Shown here: positions 61,682-64,000 of the stretch, one piece after another
How the letters are laid out: every line of letters starts with the position of its first letter
Position numbering within the stretch: position 1 is the first letter of the stretch
Origin: Methanosarcinales archaeon
Lineage (GTDB): Archaea; Halobacteriota; Methanosarcinia; Methanosarcinales; Methanocomedenaceae
Direction of reading: 5' to 3'
DNA length: 64,000 nt
Assembly: GCA_030627385.1 (NCBI GenBank)
Contig: DAOUSF010000002.1
Location: forward strand, 662-64,661
Program-made: the position numbers and the translations under genes
The notes under the pieces: generated by a model
Told to the model about the DNA's origin: nothing
What the model saw: the letters and a program-made list of their open reading frames with translations, nothing else
Databases searched by the model: none

Positions 61682-62848
61682 ATGAAAAAACCAGTTATCC
61701 TGATCTGTCTACTTCTTGTATCGTCGGTCATTATTTTCTCAGGATGTGTATCTGAATACGAGGTTACTGAGCCTCCCGAAACCACACCTCAACCGGAAGA
61801 GACCAGTACTGCTACTGTTACCCCCACTGCTACACAAACAGTGGACTCTATCCAGCTTCTCAGTGGTCCTACATCGTCATGGAGCAGCAGTGTAAGAATC
61901 AAGGAAGTATCCATTTCAGATGATGGTAACTATGTGGGAGGTGTGTCCACCCAGAAGGCTATAATAAAAACGCCCGACAGGAACCTGCTGACAAATAATA
62001 GATGGCCCAATGCCCAGTTCATTTCCGTATCAAGTTCAGGGGAATATATAGGCATAGCTGATGATGATTTTGTTAAATTATACAATAACAACGGAGAAGA
62101 ACTGCATTCTTATAATACAGGTGGCACGATTAACCACATAGGTGTGCTGGATAACGGCAATTTGATACAGGGCGGTGAAAAGTCACCGCAGTTATCTGCC
62201 GTGGGTACCAAGGGTAATGAAATATGGAAATGGGAACCTGGCATATCCACTGCAAAGGTCCTGGTTTTTGATTATTCAACCGGCGGCCGGAACCTGCTGG
62301 TAGGCACACAGGATGACAGGGTATACTACCTTAACAGTGAGGGGAAGTACATCTGGTTCAAGGACGTATCAGGTGAAGTTGAAGATGTAAAGATATCAGA
62401 TGACGGTGAGAAGCTGTATGTCCTGACAGATGACAACAAGATACATTCCTTTGACAAATATGCAAATAAGAACTGGGAAAAGGAAATTGACATTAACACT
62501 GTTGAGATCGAGATCAGCAAGGATGGGAACTATATCCTGACAAAACCCTACAATGCAGACGATACATTTTCATTTAAGAATAAGGTCTATCTGCTTGACC
62601 AAAATGGCAATGTGAAATGGATGAAACAGATGGGATCGGACGTAGGGGTTATCGGCATTTCAGAAGAGGCTGAATATGTGGTTATCAGTGAAGACAAGGA
62701 CCTGAGAATGTATAATCTGGATGGTGATGATCTGGCCACATACCATCTTGAAGGTCAATACGGGATGTTTTTCGTATGCCTTGACATGACCCCGGATGCC
62801 AGTAAAATGGCTCTTGGTACCACAAACTCACTGTTGGTATTCGGGTAA
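61682..62848 (+). CDS. Lipoprotein with Thr/Pro-rich linker and repeated beta-propeller-like units
   Basis: AGGTGA SD then ATG 61682. Lipobox IFSGC. Recurring DG(N/E)Y / DD..Y motifs at a spacing of roughly 40 aa. Confidence 0.7.
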   Translation: MKKPVILICLLLVSSVIIFSGCVSEYEVTEPPETTPQPEETSTATVTPTATQTVDSIQLLSGPTSSWSSSVRIKEVSISDDGNYVGGVSTQKAIIKTPDRNLLTNNRWPNAQFISVSSSGEYIGIADDDFVKLYNNNGEELHSYNTGGTINHIGVLDNGNLIQGGEKSPQLSAVGTKGNEIWKWEPGISTAKVLVFDYSTGGRNLLVGTQDDRVYYLNSEGKYIWFKDVSGEVEDVKISDDGEKLYVLTDDNKIHSFDKYANKNWEKEIDINTVEIEISKDGNYILTKPYNADDTFSFKNKVYLLDQNGNVKWMKQMGSDVGVIGISEEAEYVVISEDKDLRMYNLDGDDLATYHLEGQYGMFFVCLDMTPDASKMALGTTNSLLVFG

Positions 62849-62857
62849 TCCCGGATA

Positions 62858-63532
62858 CTACTCTTTTTCTTTTATCAGCACTGCCCTGGCAGGCCCCCCG
62901 TCACCGTTAGCGATCTTTAGCGGCAGGCATACCAAAAAAAAATCCCCTGCTTCCACATCTGTCATTTCAAGCCCTTCGATCACAACGATACCCGCATCCA
63001 GCAATGTATGATGGACCTCGTATTCCTCATCCAAAGCGCCTATGGAAATAGCATCGGTACCAATAGTCTTAATCCCGATATCCATGAGGTACCTGGCACA
63101 TGCCGCAGTAAGGCACGCCCCGCAGGAGACGCTTCGGCCGCCTGAACCATCAGAGTCACCTGAACTACCTGAGTCTGCTGAACCACCCGAACTACCTAAG
63201 TCACCCGGGCCGCCTTTCAATAAGATTATTTCCCCTGCTTCAAGCGGACCGATATCACTGGCTTCTATGGGCCTGCTAATAGAAGATAGGTCAAATACCC
63301 TTGCACTACCTACAAGCGTATTCATAGGCAGCATGTCAATACCGGCCCTGTCACGTATGAGGTGCAGGGGCGGGTCCACATGGGTGCCGGTATGGGTTCC
63401 AAGAGTGATACATGAAATATTGTAGGAGTCACCTTCATCAAGCCCTGATACCTTTGTAATCTGTGGCCCGGCTTCTCCAGGGTACATATCCATATCCGCT
63501 TGGATGGTCCTGGAGATGTCAATTATCTTCAT
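62858..63532 (-). CDS. Cyclase-family protein (kynurenine formamidase-like) with Gly/Ser/Asp-rich insert
   Basis: LGTHTGTHVDPPLH metal motif, and C-terminal VHHTLL .. IEGLE .. PLKI. Confidence 0.75.
   Translation of the reverse strand: MKIIDISRTIQADMDMYPGEAGPQITKVSGLDEGDSYNISCITLGTHTGTHVDPPLHLIRDRAGIDMLPMNTLVGSARVFDLSSISRPIEASDIGPLEAGEIILLKGGPGDLGSSGGSADSGSSGDSDGSGGRSVSCGACLTAACARYLMDIGIKTIGTDAISIGALDEEYEVHHTLLDAGIVVIEGLEMTDVEAGDFFLVCLPLKIANGDGGPARAVLIKEKE
63144..63206 (-). repeat. Seven tandem 9-nt units (consensus GARYCACCT on the + strand) encoding G-x-S triplets
   Basis: Read directly: GAACCATCA GAGTCACCT GAACTACCT GAGTCTGCT GAACCACCC GAACTACCT AAGTCACCC. This encodes GDLGSSGGSADSGSSGDSDGS on the minus strand. 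Confidence 0.8.
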
Positions 63533-64000
63533 ACCATCAGCTCAAAACCTACTGTGGGCTGCTGCAGTTGGAAATTTGTAAGGACATCGGGGTGTATCTC
63601 ACCAAAAGTACCGATTTCGTTTCCATCAACCATGAGCGCTGCACGCCTGCCTTTTAAAAATGCAGGATCGTCGGTCCCGGTAATTGTGTATTCTATACTT
63701 CTCTCACGCATAACAGCATCGACCACACCCCTTATTTCAGTAAAATTAGATGCGGGATGGATACTTACTGCTGCCAGGTGTTGTGTGGTGATACCATCCA
63801 CTACCACATCCCCGACCTCAAAGATACGCTGTGGCAGTTCACGGTGCTGGTTCAATGACAGTATCTCCATCAGGTTCGGCAGTATTGTGGTCCTGACCAT
63901 GGTCTGGTCCTCACTTATAGGATGCTTAAGAGGGGTGGCCTTTTGGTCCGGACTGCGCAGCATGTTATTGTAATGTACCTTTTCACTGGTAAGGGTGAAA
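63529..64000 (-). CDS. pheT: Phenylalanyl-tRNA synthetase beta subunit, C-terminal part (5' end outside window)
   Basis: The frame stays open to the window edge upstream of the track's M. LKHPISEDQTMVRTTILPNLMEIL .. RIFEVGDVV is typical of archaeal PheT. Confidence 0.85.
   Translation of the reverse strand, partial: FTLTSEKVHYNNMLRSPDQKATPLKHPISEDQTMVRTTILPNLMEILSLNQHRELPQRIFEVGDVVVDGITTQHLAAVSIHPASNFTEIRGVVDAVMRERSIEYTITGTDDPAFLKGRRAALMVDGNEIGTFGEIHPDVLTNFQLQQPTVGFELMV

Overview
Archaeal chromosome segment, probably from a Methanosarcinales-type methanogen or methanotroph. The evidence is archaeal-only ribosomal proteins (S4e, L32e, L19e), RNase P protein Rpp29, thermosome, Dph2, a small CbiX/CfbA-type chelatase, an MCR component A2-like double ABC ATPase, form III RuBisCO with AMP phosphorylase, and a PGF-CTERM anchor. 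Most of the window is conserved core. It runs: three CBS-domain proteins, RNA ligase, EngB, then a chaperone block (thermosome, GrpE-DnaK-DnaJ). The complete L3-to-L15 ribosomal super-operon follows (20.2-32.0 kb, many ATGA/GTGA/TAATG start-stop overlaps, GAGGTGA-type Shine-Dalgarno sites), then SecY, Adk, a DUF106 insertase homolog, Cmk and Cbf5. After that come MobB-MoaE, GlmM, RuBisCO, archaeal shikimate kinase, chorismate mutase, an ABC importer, AMP phosphorylase, TrpRS, a PAC2 chaperone, a two-component pair, SppA, an AtwA-like ATPase and the 3' end of pheT. I found no CRISPR array, rRNA, transposase or integrase. Three short patches look accessory and AT-richer by eye (I computed no GC values). 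(1) 6.2-9.8 kb: two nicotianamine-synthase-like paralogs flank the small chelatase. (2) 36.55-37.82 kb: a wHTH-nucleotidyltransferase/HEPN toxin-antitoxin cassette sits between two copies of tRNA-Ser(GGA), an 87-nt direct repeat with 2 mismatches. (3) 50.5-53.25 kb: two orphan small genes, a vapBC pair between imperfect direct repeats, and gene fragments. I recognise no clearly novel multi-gene system. The best candidates for follow-up are the tRNA-bracketed TA mini-island and the NAS/chelatase cluster. All functional calls come from motif recognition in the supplied translations; no database search was possible.
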